Shown here: one piece after another, positions 9,977-19,790 of the stretch
Numbering within the stretch: the first letter of the stretch is position 1
How the letters are laid out: each line of letters opens with the position of its first letter
Assembly: GCA_038125525.1 (NCBI GenBank)
Contig: JAYPEA010000005.1
Coordinates: forward strand, 2,207 to 66,206
Direction: 5' to 3'
From: Burkholderiaceae bacterium
GTDB taxonomy: Bacteria; Pseudomonadota; Gammaproteobacteria; Burkholderiales; Burkholderiaceae_C
DNA: 64,000 bases
Notes under the pieces: generated by a model
Seen by the model: only the letters and a program-made list of their open reading frames with translations
Told to the model about the DNA's origin: nothing
Databases searched by the model: none
Made by a program: the position numbers and the translations under genes

Positions 9977-9997
9977 ACTGTACCGATCGGGGGCCCC

Positions 9998-10888
9998 ATG
10001 GACATGCGCAAACGGATTGAGCAGGCGCTGGCGCGCCAGCTGGCCCCAGCACCCCACCACGGGGCGCCACCCAAGTTGCTGCAGGCCATGCGGCATGCGG
10101 TGTTTCCCGGCGGGGCGCGCATACGGCCCCAGCTTTGCTTGGCGGTGGCGCAGGCCTGCGCCTGCGATGCCCCGGGCTTGGCCTTGGGCGGCGCGGTGGG
10201 GGTCGAGCTGTTGCACTGCGCCTCGTTGGTGCACGACGACATGCCCTGCTTTGATGACGCCGACACCCGACGCGGCCGCCCCAGCGTGCAGCGCCAATAC
10301 GGTGAGCCGCTGGCCCTGCTCACAGGGGATGCCTTGATTGTGCTGGCTTTTGAGGTGCTTACTGACCCCGATGTTGGCCATGCCGAGCGCGCCTTGGCCA
10401 TGCAACGCACGCTGGCGCAAGCGGCCGGCTCGCCCGCGGGTGTGGTGGCTGGTCAGGCCTGGGAGTGCGAAACGGAAGTGGATTTGTCTCAGTACCAGCG
10501 CGCCAAAACCGGGGCGCTATTTGTGGCCGCCACCACGTTGGGCGCGCAAGCCGCCGGCGCCCCGCCCGAGCCCTGGCAAGCGCTGGGTGAGCAGCTGGGC
10601 GAGGCGTATCAGGTGGCCGACGACATTCGCGACGTGGTGGGCGACGCGGCCGAGTTGGGCAAACCGGTGGGCCAAGACCAAGCCCACGACCGGCCCAACG
10701 CGATGCAAACGCTGGGCTTGTCGGGGGCGCTTAAGCGCTTTGAATCGCTCATGCAAGACGCCGTGGCCGCCGTGCCCGCCTGCCCGCAGCAAAGCGCCAT
10801 GCGCGAGCTGGTGCGGCACGAGGCATTGCGCTTGGTGCCACAGCTGTCGATTGCCTGGCGCCACCCCAACCCTCGCGCCACCGCGTAG
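9998..10888 (+). CDS. crtE: Geranylgeranyl diphosphate synthase
   Basis: FPGGARIRPQL, ASLVHDDMPCFDDADTRRG (FARM), QVADDIRD (SARM). Confidence 0.96.
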   Translation: MDMRKRIEQALARQLAPAPHHGAPPKLLQAMRHAVFPGGARIRPQLCLAVAQACACDAPGLALGGAVGVELLHCASLVHDDMPCFDDADTRRGRPSVQRQYGEPLALLTGDALIVLAFEVLTDPDVGHAERALAMQRTLAQAAGSPAGVVAGQAWECETEVDLSQYQRAKTGALFVAATTLGAQAAGAPPEPWQALGEQLGEAYQVADDIRDVVGDAAELGKPVGQDQAHDRPNAMQTLGLSGALKRFESLMQDAVAAVPACPQQSAMRELVRHEALRLVPQLSIAWRHPNPRATA

Positions 10889-10892
10889 GCCG

Positions 10893-12092
10893 ATGCAACA
10901 AGTTCATGCCTCTGCCGGCGGCGCGGCGTTGAGCTGGTGGCAACGGCTGCAGCAAGCGCGGGGCGACTGGCTGGTCAACCCGCGGCTGCACCAATGGGCC
11001 AGCCGTAGCGTGCTGACGCGCTGGCTGGTACGGCGCCGGGCGCATCAACTGTTTGACGTGATGGCGGGCTTTGTGCACACGCAGGTGCTGCTGGCGTGCC
11101 TGGAGCTTGACCTGCTGGTGCGCCTGCAACGCAGCGGTGCGCAGGGTGCCGAAGCGCTAGCCAAAACGCACGACATACCGCTCGAGGCCATGACTGCCCT
11201 GCTCGACAGCGCGGTGCAGCTGGGCTTGCTACGCCGCCGTGGCCAGCGCTACACCCTTGGCCCCTTGGCCACGCCGCTGCTAACCCACGCCGGCATACGC
11301 GACATGGTGCAGCACAACGCGTTGCTGTACGCGGACATGCAACACCCCGTGGCGCTGATGCGCCAACCCCATACCAGCGCCATGCATCGGTTTTGGCTTT
11401 ATACCGATGGCAGCGACGGCCAGGACGCGCCATCGGCCGCGCCAAACCAGTGGTCAGCCCAAGGCGTGGCCGCTTACTCGGGGCTAATGGCCAGTTCGCA
11501 AAGCTTTTTGCGAGAGCAACTGCTGCAGGTGTACCCGTTTGCTCAGCACCAACACGTGATGGACGTGGGCGGTGGACAAGGCGCTTGGGTGGCCACCTTA
11601 GCCCAACGCGTGCCGAGTTTGCAGCTGACGCTGGTGGACTTGCCACCGGTGGCGGAGTTGGCCGAACAACGCCTAAATAGCGTGGGTTTGAAGGGCCGCG
11701 TGCAATGCCACGGCCTGCACTTTGCCCACGACAACCTGCCCGTAGGGGCCGACCTGATTACGCTGCTGCGCGTGGCACACGACCACCCCGACGAGGTGGT
11801 GCGCCAACTGATGCAAGCCTGCTGGCGCGCCCTGCCCGCCGGCGGCACGCTGCTGCTGGCCGAACCCATGGCCGAGCAGCCCGGCGGCGCCGCGCGCGTT
11901 GACCCCTACTACCACTTTTACCTGTTGGCCATGGGGCAAGGGCGCCTGCGCACGGCCAATCGCATTGCGCTGCTGATGTCTGAAGCAGGTTTTGTTCACA
12001 TTGAAAGCCTCCCTACGCCACTTCCGATGCACGGAGGCGTGGTGATTGGCCGAAAGCCCCTAGACAAAATCCAAACAAAACGGCCGAAATAA
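10893..12092 (+). CDS. crtF: Hydroxyneurosporene/demethylspheroidene O-methyltransferase
   Basis: LFDVMAGFVHTQVL, SAM motif MDVGGGQG, LLLAEPM; crtE-crtF-bchC synteny; ATG 5 nt after the crtE stop. Confidence 0.92.
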   Translation: MQQVHASAGGAALSWWQRLQQARGDWLVNPRLHQWASRSVLTRWLVRRRAHQLFDVMAGFVHTQVLLACLELDLLVRLQRSGAQGAEALAKTHDIPLEAMTALLDSAVQLGLLRRRGQRYTLGPLATPLLTHAGIRDMVQHNALLYADMQHPVALMRQPHTSAMHRFWLYTDGSDGQDAPSAAPNQWSAQGVAAYSGLMASSQSFLREQLLQVYPFAQHQHVMDVGGGQGAWVATLAQRVPSLQLTLVDLPPVAELAEQRLNSVGLKGRVQCHGLHFAHDNLPVGADLITLLRVAHDHPDEVVRQLMQACWRALPAGGTLLLAEPMAEQPGGAARVDPYYHFYLLAMGQGRLRTANRIALLMSEAGFVHIESLPTPLPMHGGVVIGRKPLDKIQTKRPK

Positions 12093-12105
12093 GGGTAAAC
12101 CCTAT

Positions 12106-12149
12106 GGTAAATTTTAATTGACACTTCATAATGTCAACAAATAAATACA
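12106..12149. promoter_or_regulatory. bchC promoter with tandem PpsR boxes 8 bp apart
   Basis: GGTAAATTTTAATTGACA (12106-23, one mismatch) and TGTCAACAAATAAATACA (12132-49, exact); TTGACA at 12118-23. Confidence 0.88.
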
Positions 12150-12150
12150 T

Positions 12151-13104
12151 ATGATGCTCGCCCCAGCCATTGTTTTCCAACAACCCTGCACCCTATCGGT
12201 GCAGCGGTTGGCGCTACGCCCCACGGAGCCCAGCGATGCGGTGATTCAGGTGCAACACAGCGGCATCAGCACGGGCACCGAACGCCTGCTCTGGGATGGC
12301 AGCATGCCGCCCTTTCCGGGGATGGGCTACCCCTTGGTGCCGGGTTACGAGAGCGTCGGCGTGGTGACTCAAGCCGATAAAGCGGGCCAGGTGGCGGTGG
12401 GTCAAACGGTGTTTGTACCAGGCTCGCGCAGCTTTGCCGACGTACACAACCTGTTTGGCGGCGCCGGCGGCACCTTGGTGGCCCCAGCCGACAAGCTGGT
12501 GGCCGTGCCCCCAGCCATGGGCGCCGATGCGCTGCTGCTGGCGCTGGCAGCTACGGCGTACCACAGCGTTTCGCGCGGCGGTAAAGAAACGCCGGCGGCC
12601 CCGCCCCAGTTGATTGTGGGGCACGGCGTAATGGGCCGGTTGCTCGCGCGCCTGACGGTGGCCGCTGGTGCCCCAGCACCCACGGTGTGGGAGACCCAAA
12701 CCGCGCGCATGGGCGGCGCCCAAGGCTACCGCGTATGCCACCCCAACGACGACGACCGCCACGACTACGCGAGCATTTACGACGTCAGCGGCGACCACGC
12801 CATGCTCAATCGCTTGATCGCGCGCTTAGCACATGGTGGCGAGGTGGTGCTGGCGGGGTTTTATCACGCGCCGCTGGCGTTTGATTTTGCGCCCGCGTTC
12901 ATGCGCGAAGCCCGCGTGCGCGTGGCTGCCGAGTGGAGCCGCTCGGACATGCGCGCCGTGTCGCAATTGCTGCAAGAGCGCCGCCTTGACCTTAGCGGTT
13001 TGGTGACGCATCACGCCACGCCTGCGCAGGCCCAACAAGCCTATGCCACCGCGTTTTCGGACGCCGACTGCCTGAAGATGGCCCTTGACTGGAGCAACAC
13101 ATGA
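12151..13104 (+). CDS. bchC: Chlorophyllide hydroxyethyl dehydrogenase BchC
   Basis: SGISTGTERLLWDGSMPPFPGMGYPLVPGYE; the start may be the second ATG at 12154. Confidence 0.96.
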   Translation: MMLAPAIVFQQPCTLSVQRLALRPTEPSDAVIQVQHSGISTGTERLLWDGSMPPFPGMGYPLVPGYESVGVVTQADKAGQVAVGQTVFVPGSRSFADVHNLFGGAGGTLVAPADKLVAVPPAMGADALLLALAATAYHSVSRGGKETPAAPPQLIVGHGVMGRLLARLTVAAGAPAPTVWETQTARMGGAQGYRVCHPNDDDRHDYASIYDVSGDHAMLNRLIARLAHGGEVVLAGFYHAPLAFDFAPAFMREARVRVAAEWSRSDMRAVSQLLQERRLDLSGLVTHHATPAQAQQAYATAFSDADCLKMALDWSNT

Positions 13105-14108
13105 GCCCCACCCCACAACAGCCGGTGCAGTTTGTTGAACGCTTACGCCGTGAAGCCGCGCAAGCACCCGACCCGGTACAAGCCACGGCCGTTACCAAAG
13201 AAACACAAATCATTGCCATCTACGGCAAAGGCGGCATAGGCAAGAGCTTTACGCTGGCCAACCTAAGCTACATGATGGCGCAGCAAGGCAAAAAAGTGCT
13301 GCTGATTGGCTGCGACCCCAAAAGCGACACCACCAGTTTGCTGTTTGGCGGCAAGGCCTGCCCCACCATCATCGAGACCTCATCGCGCAAAAAACTCGCC
13401 GGTGAGCCGGTGGCCATTGGCGACGTGTGCTTTAAACGTGACGGCGTGTACGCCATGGAACTGGGCGGCCCCGAAGTGGGCCGCGGCTGCGGCGGACGCG
13501 GCATCATTCACGGCTTTGAAACGTTAGAGAAGCTCGGCTTTCACGACTGGGGCTTTGACTACGTGCTGCTGGACTTTTTGGGCGACGTGGTGTGCGGCGG
13601 CTTTGGCCTGCCCATTGCGCGCGACATGTGCCAAAAAGTGATTGTGGTGGGCAGCAACGATTTGCAGTCGCTGTACGTGGCCAACAACGTGTGCTCGGCA
13701 GTGGAGTATTTTCGTAAGCTCGGCGGCAACGTGGGCGTGGCCGGCTTGGTGATTAACAAAGACGACGGCACCGGCGAGGCGCAAGCGTTTGCCAACGCCG
13801 CAGGGATTCCGGTGCTGGCCTCGATTCCGGCACACGAAGACATTAGGCGCAAGAGCGCCAGCTACGAAATCATTGGTCGCCCCGACGGCGAGTGGGGCGA
13901 TTTGTTTGCCGGCTTGGCCACGCAGGTGGCCGAGGCCCCACCCCAGCGGCCCTCGCCCTTATCGCAGGACGAACTGCTTGGCTTGTTTAGCGGCGACAGC
14001 GTAGGCCGCGACGTGGTGCTGCAACCCGCCACCGAAGAAGACATGCTGGGCCAGGCAGTGGTTGCCAAGCCCTCGCTTGAAGTGATTTACGAACAACAGG
14101 CGGCCTAA
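13101..14108 (+). CDS. bchX: Chlorophyllide a reductase iron protein X
   Basis: [40 protein letters not shown]. Confidence 0.97.
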   Translation: MSPTPQQPVQFVERLRREAAQAPDPVQATAVTKETQIIAIYGKGGIGKSFTLANLSYMMAQQGKKVLLIGCDPKSDTTSLLFGGKACPTIIETSSRKKLAGEPVAIGDVCFKRDGVYAMELGGPEVGRGCGGRGIIHGFETLEKLGFHDWGFDYVLLDFLGDVVCGGFGLPIARDMCQKVIVVGSNDLQSLYVANNVCSAVEYFRKLGGNVGVAGLVINKDDGTGEAQAFANAAGIPVLASIPAHEDIRRKSASYEIIGRPDGEWGDLFAGLATQVAEAPPQRPSPLSQDELLGLFSGDSVGRDVVLQPATEEDMLGQAVVAKPSLEVIYEQQAA

Positions 14109-14113
14109 ACCCC

Positions 14114-15637
14114 ATGGCCGCGCGCACCATTGCCATCACCCCCAGCGACCAAGCGCAAGCCTTGGGTTGCCACGGTGACGCCAGCGCGCGCGCCGCGGCA
14201 CAACAAGCCGCACAAGCACACAACCCCGACTTGGCGCAGTACGCCAAAGACTACCCCATGGGCCCACACGACCAGCCACAGAGCATGTGTCCGGCGTTTG
14301 GCTCGTTGCGCGTGGGACTGCGCATGAAGCGCACCGCCACCGTGCTCTCGGGCTCGGCCTGTTGTGTGTATGGCCTAACGTTTACCTCGCACTTTTACGG
14401 CGCGCGGCGCAGCGTGGGCTACGTGCCGTTCAACAGCGAAACGCTGGTGACGGGCAAACTGTTTGAGGACATTCGCGAAGCGGTGTACGCCCAAGCCAAC
14501 CCCACTGAGTTGGACGCGATTGTGGTGATTAACTTATGCGTGCCCACCGCCAGTGGTGTGCCGCTTAAGCTGCTACCCAGCCACATCGACGGCGTGCGCA
14601 TCATTGGCATTGACGTACCCGGCTTTGGCGTGCCCACCCACGCCGAGGCCAAAGACGTGTTGGCCGCGGCCATGCTACGCGTGGCACGCCAAGAGGTACT
14701 GGCCGGGCCGGTGCCCGCGCCACAACAAGGCCGCGCCGCCCTGCCCACCCTTACTTTGTTGGGCGAGATGTTTCCGGCCGACCCCATGCTGGTGGGCCAA
14801 ATGATTGCACCCATGCAACTGGCCGTGGGCGCCACCGTGCCCACGCGCGAATGGCGCGAGTTGTATGCCGCGCTCGACGGCGCGGCGGTGGCGGCGATTC
14901 ACCCCTTTTACACCGCCAGCGTGCGTGAGTTTGAACACGCTGGACGCCCGGTAATTGGCTCGGCCCCGGTGGGCCACTCGGCCACGCAAGACTGGTTGGG
15001 GCAACTGGGCGACACGCTGGGCATTGCCAGCGATCGCGTGGCCACTGCAAAAAATCAAGCGCACCAGGCGTGGAAGCAAGCGATGGATCAAGGCGCCAAG
15101 CTTGATGGGCGCATCACGCTCAGCGGCTACGAAGGCTCGGAGCTGCTGGTGGGCCGGCTGCTGGTGGAGCTGGGCGCCGACTTGCGCTACGTGGGCAGCG
15201 CCTGCCCAGCCACGCCGCACAACGCCCAAGACGCCGCATGGCTGCAAGCGCACGGGGTGCACGTACAGTTTCGCGCCTCGCTTGAGCAAGACCTGCAAGC
15301 CATGCACGCCTTTGCCCCGCAACTGGCCATTGGCACCACGCCGGTGGTGCAAGCGGCCAAAGAGGCGCGCATCCCCTCGCTGTACTTCACCAACCTCATT
15401 TCGGCAAGGCCACTGATGGGCGCAGCGGGTGCGGGCTCGCTGGTGCAAGTGATGCAAGCGGCCATGGCCAACCAGGCCCGCTTTGACACCATGCACGCCT
15501 TTTTTGGTGACGTGGGTCAAGGCGATCGTGCCGGTGTATGGCGCGAGCCCCCTACCGAGCACGCGAGCTTTCGCAAAGAGCAACGCCGCCTGCGCGACAA
15601 AGCCGCCAAGCGGCGCAAAGCCGAGGAGATGGTCTGA
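14114..15637 (+). CDS. bchY: Chlorophyllide a reductase subunit Y
   Basis: [38 protein letters not shown]. Confidence 0.96.
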   Translation: MAARTIAITPSDQAQALGCHGDASARAAAQQAAQAHNPDLAQYAKDYPMGPHDQPQSMCPAFGSLRVGLRMKRTATVLSGSACCVYGLTFTSHFYGARRSVGYVPFNSETLVTGKLFEDIREAVYAQANPTELDAIVVINLCVPTASGVPLKLLPSHIDGVRIIGIDVPGFGVPTHAEAKDVLAAAMLRVARQEVLAGPVPAPQQGRAALPTLTLLGEMFPADPMLVGQMIAPMQLAVGATVPTREWRELYAALDGAAVAAIHPFYTASVREFEHAGRPVIGSAPVGHSATQDWLGQLGDTLGIASDRVATAKNQAHQAWKQAMDQGAKLDGRITLSGYEGSELLVGRLLVELGADLRYVGSACPATPHNAQDAAWLQAHGVHVQFRASLEQDLQAMHAFAPQLAIGTTPVVQAAKEARIPSLYFTNLISARPLMGAAGAGSLVQVMQAAMANQARFDTMHAFFGDVGQGDRAGVWREPPTEHASFRKEQRRLRDKAAKRRKAEEMV

Positions 15638-17103
15638 TGCTGGTGCTGGACCACGACCGAGCAGGCGGCTACTGGGGCGCGGTGTACGTGTTCACCGCAA
15701 TCAAGGGCTTGCAAGTGGTCATCGATGGTCCGGTGGGTTGCGAGAACTTGCCCGTGACCTCGGTGCTGCACTACACCGATGGCTTGCCGCCGCACGAGTT
15801 ACCGATTGTGGTAACCGGCTTGGCCGAAGAAGAGCTTGGCCGCGAAGGCACCGAGGGTGCCATGAAACGCGCCCATGCCACGCTGGACCCCGACCTTCCA
15901 GCCGTGGTGGTGACCGGCTCGATTGCCGAGATGATTGGCGGCGGCGTGACCCCCGAGGGCACTGGGCTGATGCGATTTTTGCCGCGCACCATTGACGAAG
16001 ACCAGTGGCAATGCGCCAACCGCGCCCTGCTTTGGTTGTGGCAACAGTACGGCGAAAAAACCCCCAGCCCGCGGGTGCGACAAGCCGGTGACAAACCACG
16101 CGTGAACATCATTGGGCCGAGCTACGGCGTGTTTAACAGTGCCTCGGACGTGGCCGAGGTGTGCCGCTTGGTTGAGGGCCTCGGTGCCGAGGTCAACATG
16201 GTGTTCCCACTGGGCAGCCACCTAGAAGACGTGGCCCAACTGAGTCAAGCTGATGTGAACATTTGCATGTACCGCGAGTTTGGCCGCTTGCTGTGCGAGG
16301 CGCTGGAGCGGCCTTACCTGCAAGCACCCATGGGGCTGCACAACACCACAGCGTTTTTGCGCAAACTGGGTGAGCTGCTGGGGCTTGACCCCGAGCCGTT
16401 TATAGAACGCGAGCGCCACACCACGCTCAAGCCGCTGTGGGACTTGTGGCGCTCGGTCACACAAGACTTTTTTGCCACCGCCAGCTTTGCCGTGGTCGCC
16501 AGCGACACTTACACACGCGGCCTGCGCGCCTTACTACAAGACGACTTGGGTCTGCCGTGTCGCTTTGCGGTGTCACGCCATGCGGGGGCCAAAACCGACA
16601 ACGCGGCGGTGCGCGAACTGGTGCACAAGCAAACCCCGTTGATTATGTTTGGTAGTGTCAACGAGCGCATGTACCTAGCCGAGGCCGCGCAAGGCGGGGC
16701 CATGCGCGCCACCTTCATCGCTGCGTCGTTTCCCGGGGCCATTATTCGGCGCGCCACCGGCACCCCGTTTATGGGCTACGCCGGCGCCACCTATGTGGTG
16801 CAAGAGGTGTGCAACGCGCTGTTTGACGCCTTGTTTCACATTCTGCCGCTGGGCACCGCCATGGATGCCCAAGCCCAAGCCACGCCAGCGCGCGACGGCC
16901 AAGCGCCGCTGGCCTGGGATCAAGGCGCTCAAGCGCTGCTGGCACGACTGGTGGCCAAGCAGCCGGTGCTGGTGCAAATTTCAACGGCCAAGCGACTGCG
17001 CGACGACGCCGAGCAGCGCGCCCGCGCCCAAGGTAACGAGGCGGTGCAGGCCAATCACGTGGATCAAGCCAGCCACACGCTGGGGCTAGGCGAGCCGGCA
17101 TGA
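15637..17103 (+). CDS. bchZ: Chlorophyllide a reductase subunit Z
   Basis: [32 protein letters not shown]; TGATG overlap with bchY. Confidence 0.96.
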   Translation: MLVLDHDRAGGYWGAVYVFTAIKGLQVVIDGPVGCENLPVTSVLHYTDGLPPHELPIVVTGLAEEELGREGTEGAMKRAHATLDPDLPAVVVTGSIAEMIGGGVTPEGTGLMRFLPRTIDEDQWQCANRALLWLWQQYGEKTPSPRVRQAGDKPRVNIIGPSYGVFNSASDVAEVCRLVEGLGAEVNMVFPLGSHLEDVAQLSQADVNICMYREFGRLLCEALERPYLQAPMGLHNTTAFLRKLGELLGLDPEPFIERERHTTLKPLWDLWRSVTQDFFATASFAVVASDTYTRGLRALLQDDLGLPCRFAVSRHAGAKTDNAAVRELVHKQTPLIMFGSVNERMYLAEAAQGGAMRATFIAASFPGAIIRRATGTPFMGYAGATYVVQEVCNALFDALFHILPLGTAMDAQAQATPARDGQAPLAWDQGAQALLARLVAKQPVLVQISTAKRLRDDAEQRARAQGNEAVQANHVDQASHTLGLGEPA

Positions 17104-17237
17104 CCACGTGGCGATTCACCCCATTGGTGTTTACCGTGCCGACTGCGGCGCGGTGGCACCCCCCGACGTTCTGGTGCTCGGCCAGAACTGCCCAAGCTGC
17201 GCGGGCCGTGCGCAGCAACGGCCGCAAGGCCATTTGA
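17100..17237 (+). CDS. Possible 45-aa ORF between bchZ and pufB (may be non-coding)
   Basis: ATG overlaps the bchZ stop (ATGA) and TGA falls just before the pufB RBS; [22 protein letters not shown]...; no recognisable motif. Confidence 0.2.
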   Translation: MTTWRFTPLVFTVPTAARWHPPTFWCSARTAQAARAVRSNGRKAI

Positions 17238-17251
17238 GAAGGAGCGTTCGT

Positions 17252-17395
17252 ATGTCAACTCGGACTTCAATTTCCGGCCTGACCGACGATGAGGCTCAGG
17301 AGTTCCACCAGTACTGGATACAGGGGACCGTGGCGTTTACGGCTGTTGCCGTGATCGCGCACCTGCTGGTCTGGGCCTGGAAACCCTGGTTCTAA
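17252..17395 (+). CDS. pufB: LH1 antenna beta polypeptide
   Basis: [11 protein letters not shown]...[12 protein letters not shown]; RBS AAGGAG at 17239-44. Confidence 0.97.
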   Translation: MSTRTSISGLTDDEAQEFHQYWIQGTVAFTAVAVIAHLLVWAWKPWF

Positions 17396-17424
17396 GTAGC
17401 TTCGTGTTGCAAGGAGGTTAAACC

Positions 17425-17649
17425 ATGCCTGCTACGTCTTTGGTTTCGCACAAGCCACCACGCGCAAACGACAAGTTGGCGTCGTGGTTGATTTTTGCGC
17501 CCTGCTTTGTGCTGGTGCTCTCGGTTGCTTTGCTCGGTCAACTCGCCGGCATGCACTGGAAGGACTGGTTACCGGGTGCCGAGCATGCCCACGGCATGTT
17601 GGGCGGCGTCAAGGCGGCGGTCTACACCTTCATGTCCCACATCATTTAG
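17425..17649 (+). CDS. 74-aa single-TM membrane protein between pufB and pufA (unassigned; PufQ-like size and topology)
   Basis: Strong RBS AAGGAGGT; hydrophobic stretch [23 protein letters not shown]; the stop TAG overlaps the pufA RBS (AGGAG). Confidence 0.75.
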   Translation: MPATSLVSHKPPRANDKLASWLIFAPCFVLVLSVALLGQLAGMHWKDWLPGAEHAHGMLGGVKAAVYTFMSHII

Positions 17650-17660
17650 GAGAAACCACT

Positions 17661-17861
17661 ATGTGGAGAATCTGGCGTCTTTACGACCCGCTCAGGGCCA
17701 TGGTCGTGCAGGGCATCTTCCTGTTCGGTCTGGCAGCGATGATTCATCTCATCTTGCTGAGCACCAACAAGTTCAATTGGCTAGACGGCCCGAAGAAGTC
17801 GGCGGCAGCATCGGCGCAGTACAGCCCGTTGCCCGCGGTCACTCCGGCCCGCAAGGCTTAG
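17661..17861 (+). CDS. pufA: LH1 antenna alpha polypeptide
   Basis: [10 protein letters not shown]...[13 protein letters not shown]; RBS AGGAG. Confidence 0.97.
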   Translation: MWRIWRLYDPLRAMVVQGIFLFGLAAMIHLILLSTNKFNWLDGPKKSAAASAQYSPLPAVTPARKA

Positions 17862-17874
17862 GAACGATGCAAAC

Positions 17875-17915
17875 GCAGGCGTTGCGCTCAGCCTTAGGTT
17901 GTGTGCAGCGCCTGC
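17875..17915 (+). other. Intercistronic RNA stem-loop between pufA and pufL
   Basis: GCAGGCGTTGCGC pairs with GTGCAGCGCCTGC (13 bp, 2 G-U pairs), plus inner CAGCC/GGTTG; no U-tract. Confidence 0.7.
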
Positions 17916-17954
17916 TCAGAATAAGTTATTCACTCGATGCAGGAGGGCCTCGCA

Positions 17955-18794
17955 ATGGCCATGCTCAGCTTTGAAAAGAAATACCGAGTACGCGGTGGCA
18001 CGCTGTTGGGCGGGGACCTGTTTGACTTCTGGGTCGGCCCGTTTTACGTCGGCTTCTTTGGCGTGACCACGGCGTTCTTCGCGTTCTTGGGAACCGCGCT
18101 GATTTTGTGGGGCGCCTCGCAAGGGCCTACGTGGAATCTTTGGCAAATCAATATTGCGCCGCCCGATTTGTCTTACGGCTTGGCGCTGGCTCCGCTGATG
18201 GAAGGCGGCCTGTGGCAGCTGATTACGGTGTGCGCCATTGGCGCGTTTGTCTCGTGGTTGCTGCGCGAGGTAGAAATTTGTCGCAAGTTGGGCATGGGTT
18301 ACCACGTGCCGTTTGCCTTTGGTGTGGCAATTTTGGCCTATGTGACGTTGGTGGTGGTGCGCCCGGTACTCATGGGCGCTTGGGGCCACGGCTTTCCGTA
18401 CGGCATTTTCAGTCACTTGGACTGGGTCTCCAACGTGGGCTACCAGTACCTGCACTTTCATTACAACCCCGCACACATGCTGGCGGTAAGTTTTTTCTTT
18501 GCCACGGTGTTTGCGCTGTCGCTGCACGGGTCGCTGATTTTGTCGGCCACCAACCCAGCCCCAGGCACCGAGGTCAAAACCCCTGAGCACGAGGACACGT
18601 TCTTCCGTGACTTCATTGGCTACTCGATTGGCACGTTGGGCATTCACCGCTTGGGCTTGTTTTTGGCGCTGGCGGCGGTGTTGTTTAGCGCGCTTTGTAT
18701 CGTCATCAGCGGACCGTTTTGGAGCCTGGGTTGGCCCGAGTGGTGGAGCTGGTGGCTTAACCTGCCCATCTGGTCGCAATGGCCTTTGAGCTAA
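17955..18794 (+). CDS. pufL: Photosynthetic reaction centre L subunit
   Basis: [49 protein letters not shown]; RBS AGGAGG. Confidence 0.99.
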   Translation: MAMLSFEKKYRVRGGTLLGGDLFDFWVGPFYVGFFGVTTAFFAFLGTALILWGASQGPTWNLWQINIAPPDLSYGLALAPLMEGGLWQLITVCAIGAFVSWLLREVEICRKLGMGYHVPFAFGVAILAYVTLVVVRPVLMGAWGHGFPYGIFSHLDWVSNVGYQYLHFHYNPAHMLAVSFFFATVFALSLHGSLILSATNPAPGTEVKTPEHEDTFFRDFIGYSIGTLGIHRLGLFLALAAVLFSALCIVISGPFWSLGWPEWWSWWLNLPIWSQWPLS

Positions 18795-18813
18795 GCCTGT
18801 AGGAGAGCACATC

Positions 18814-19788
18814 ATGGCGCAATACCAAAATTTGTTCACCACCGTGCAGGCCACTGGGCCGGTGCACAGTGGCGTGCCGCTGGGCCCAGGCAACAGCGCG
18901 CGTACCGGCAACCAACCGTGGGTTTCGTACTGGCTGGGTAAGCTAGGCAACGCCCAAATCGGGCCGATTTACTTGGGCGGCCTGGGGCTGGCCTCGTTAA
19001 TTCTTGGTCTGTTTGCCTTTACCTTAATCGGCTTGAATATGTTGGCCTCGGTGGGCTGGGACCCGATTCAGTTTGTGCGGCAACTGTTTTGGTTGTCGCT
19101 TGAGCCACCACCACCGATATACGGCCTAGAGATTCCACCGCTCAACCAAGGCGGCTGGCATTTGATTGTGGGCTTGTTCCTCACGGCGTCGCTGGCGTTT
19201 TGGTGGGCCCGCACCTACCGCCGCGCCCGCGCCTTGGGCATGGGCACGCACGTGGCGTGGGCGTTTGCCGCGGCGCTGTGGCTGTACCTGTGCCTGGGCT
19301 TGTTTCGCCCGATTTTGATGGGCTCGTGGAGCGAGGGCGTGCCTTATGGCATCTTCCCGCACCTCGACTGGACCGCCGCGTTCTCGCTGCGCTACGGTAA
19401 CTTGTTCTACAACCCGTTCCACGCCTTGTCGATTGCCTTTTTGTACGGCGCCACGCTGTTGTTTGCCATGCACGGCGCCACCATTTTGGCTGTGACCCGC
19501 TTTGGTGGGGAGCGCGAGATTGAGCAAATTATTGACCGCGGCACGGCCAGCGAGCGCGCTGGGCTGTTTTGGCGCTGGACGATGGGCTTTAACGCCACCA
19601 TGGAGTCGATTCACCGCTGGGCGTGGTGGTTTGCGGTGTTGTGCCCCATTACCGGCGGCATTGGCATTTTGCTCACTGGCACGGTGGTGGACAACTGGTA
19701 TTTGTGGGCACTCAAGCACGGCGTGGCACCACCCTACCCCGATATGTACCCCGCTGCGGTCGACCCCGCGCTTAGCTCAGGAGGCTGA
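18814..19788 (+). CDS. pufM: Photosynthetic reaction centre M subunit
   Basis: [46 protein letters not shown]. Confidence 0.99.
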   Translation: MAQYQNLFTTVQATGPVHSGVPLGPGNSARTGNQPWVSYWLGKLGNAQIGPIYLGGLGLASLILGLFAFTLIGLNMLASVGWDPIQFVRQLFWLSLEPPPPIYGLEIPPLNQGGWHLIVGLFLTASLAFWWARTYRRARALGMGTHVAWAFAAALWLYLCLGLFRPILMGSWSEGVPYGIFPHLDWTAAFSLRYGNLFYNPFHALSIAFLYGATLLFAMHGATILAVTRFGGEREIEQIIDRGTASERAGLFWRWTMGFNATMESIHRWAWWFAVLCPITGGIGILLTGTVVDNWYLWALKHGVAPPYPDMYPAAVDPALSSGG

Positions 19789-19790
19789 AC

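Noticed and set aside
10338-10892. Apparent 584-aa CrtF with a long N-terminal extension
   Set aside because: The extension overlaps crtE in another frame and is low-information. ATG 10893 right after the crtE stop gives a normal-sized CrtF.
17108-17251. In-frame N-terminal extension of PufB containing a CPSC (CxxC) motif
   Set aside because: A strong RBS (AAGGAG) sits 7 nt before ATG 17252, which gives a normal 47-aa beta polypeptide. The GTG at 17108 has no RBS.
17955-19788. Unusual reaction-centre cofactor ligands
   Set aside because: The key residues appear canonical (L-subunit His ligands and HYNPAH; M-subunit PHLDW, FYNPFH, LY(M210)G, Leu at M214), so nothing points to an altered special pair or pheophytin site.
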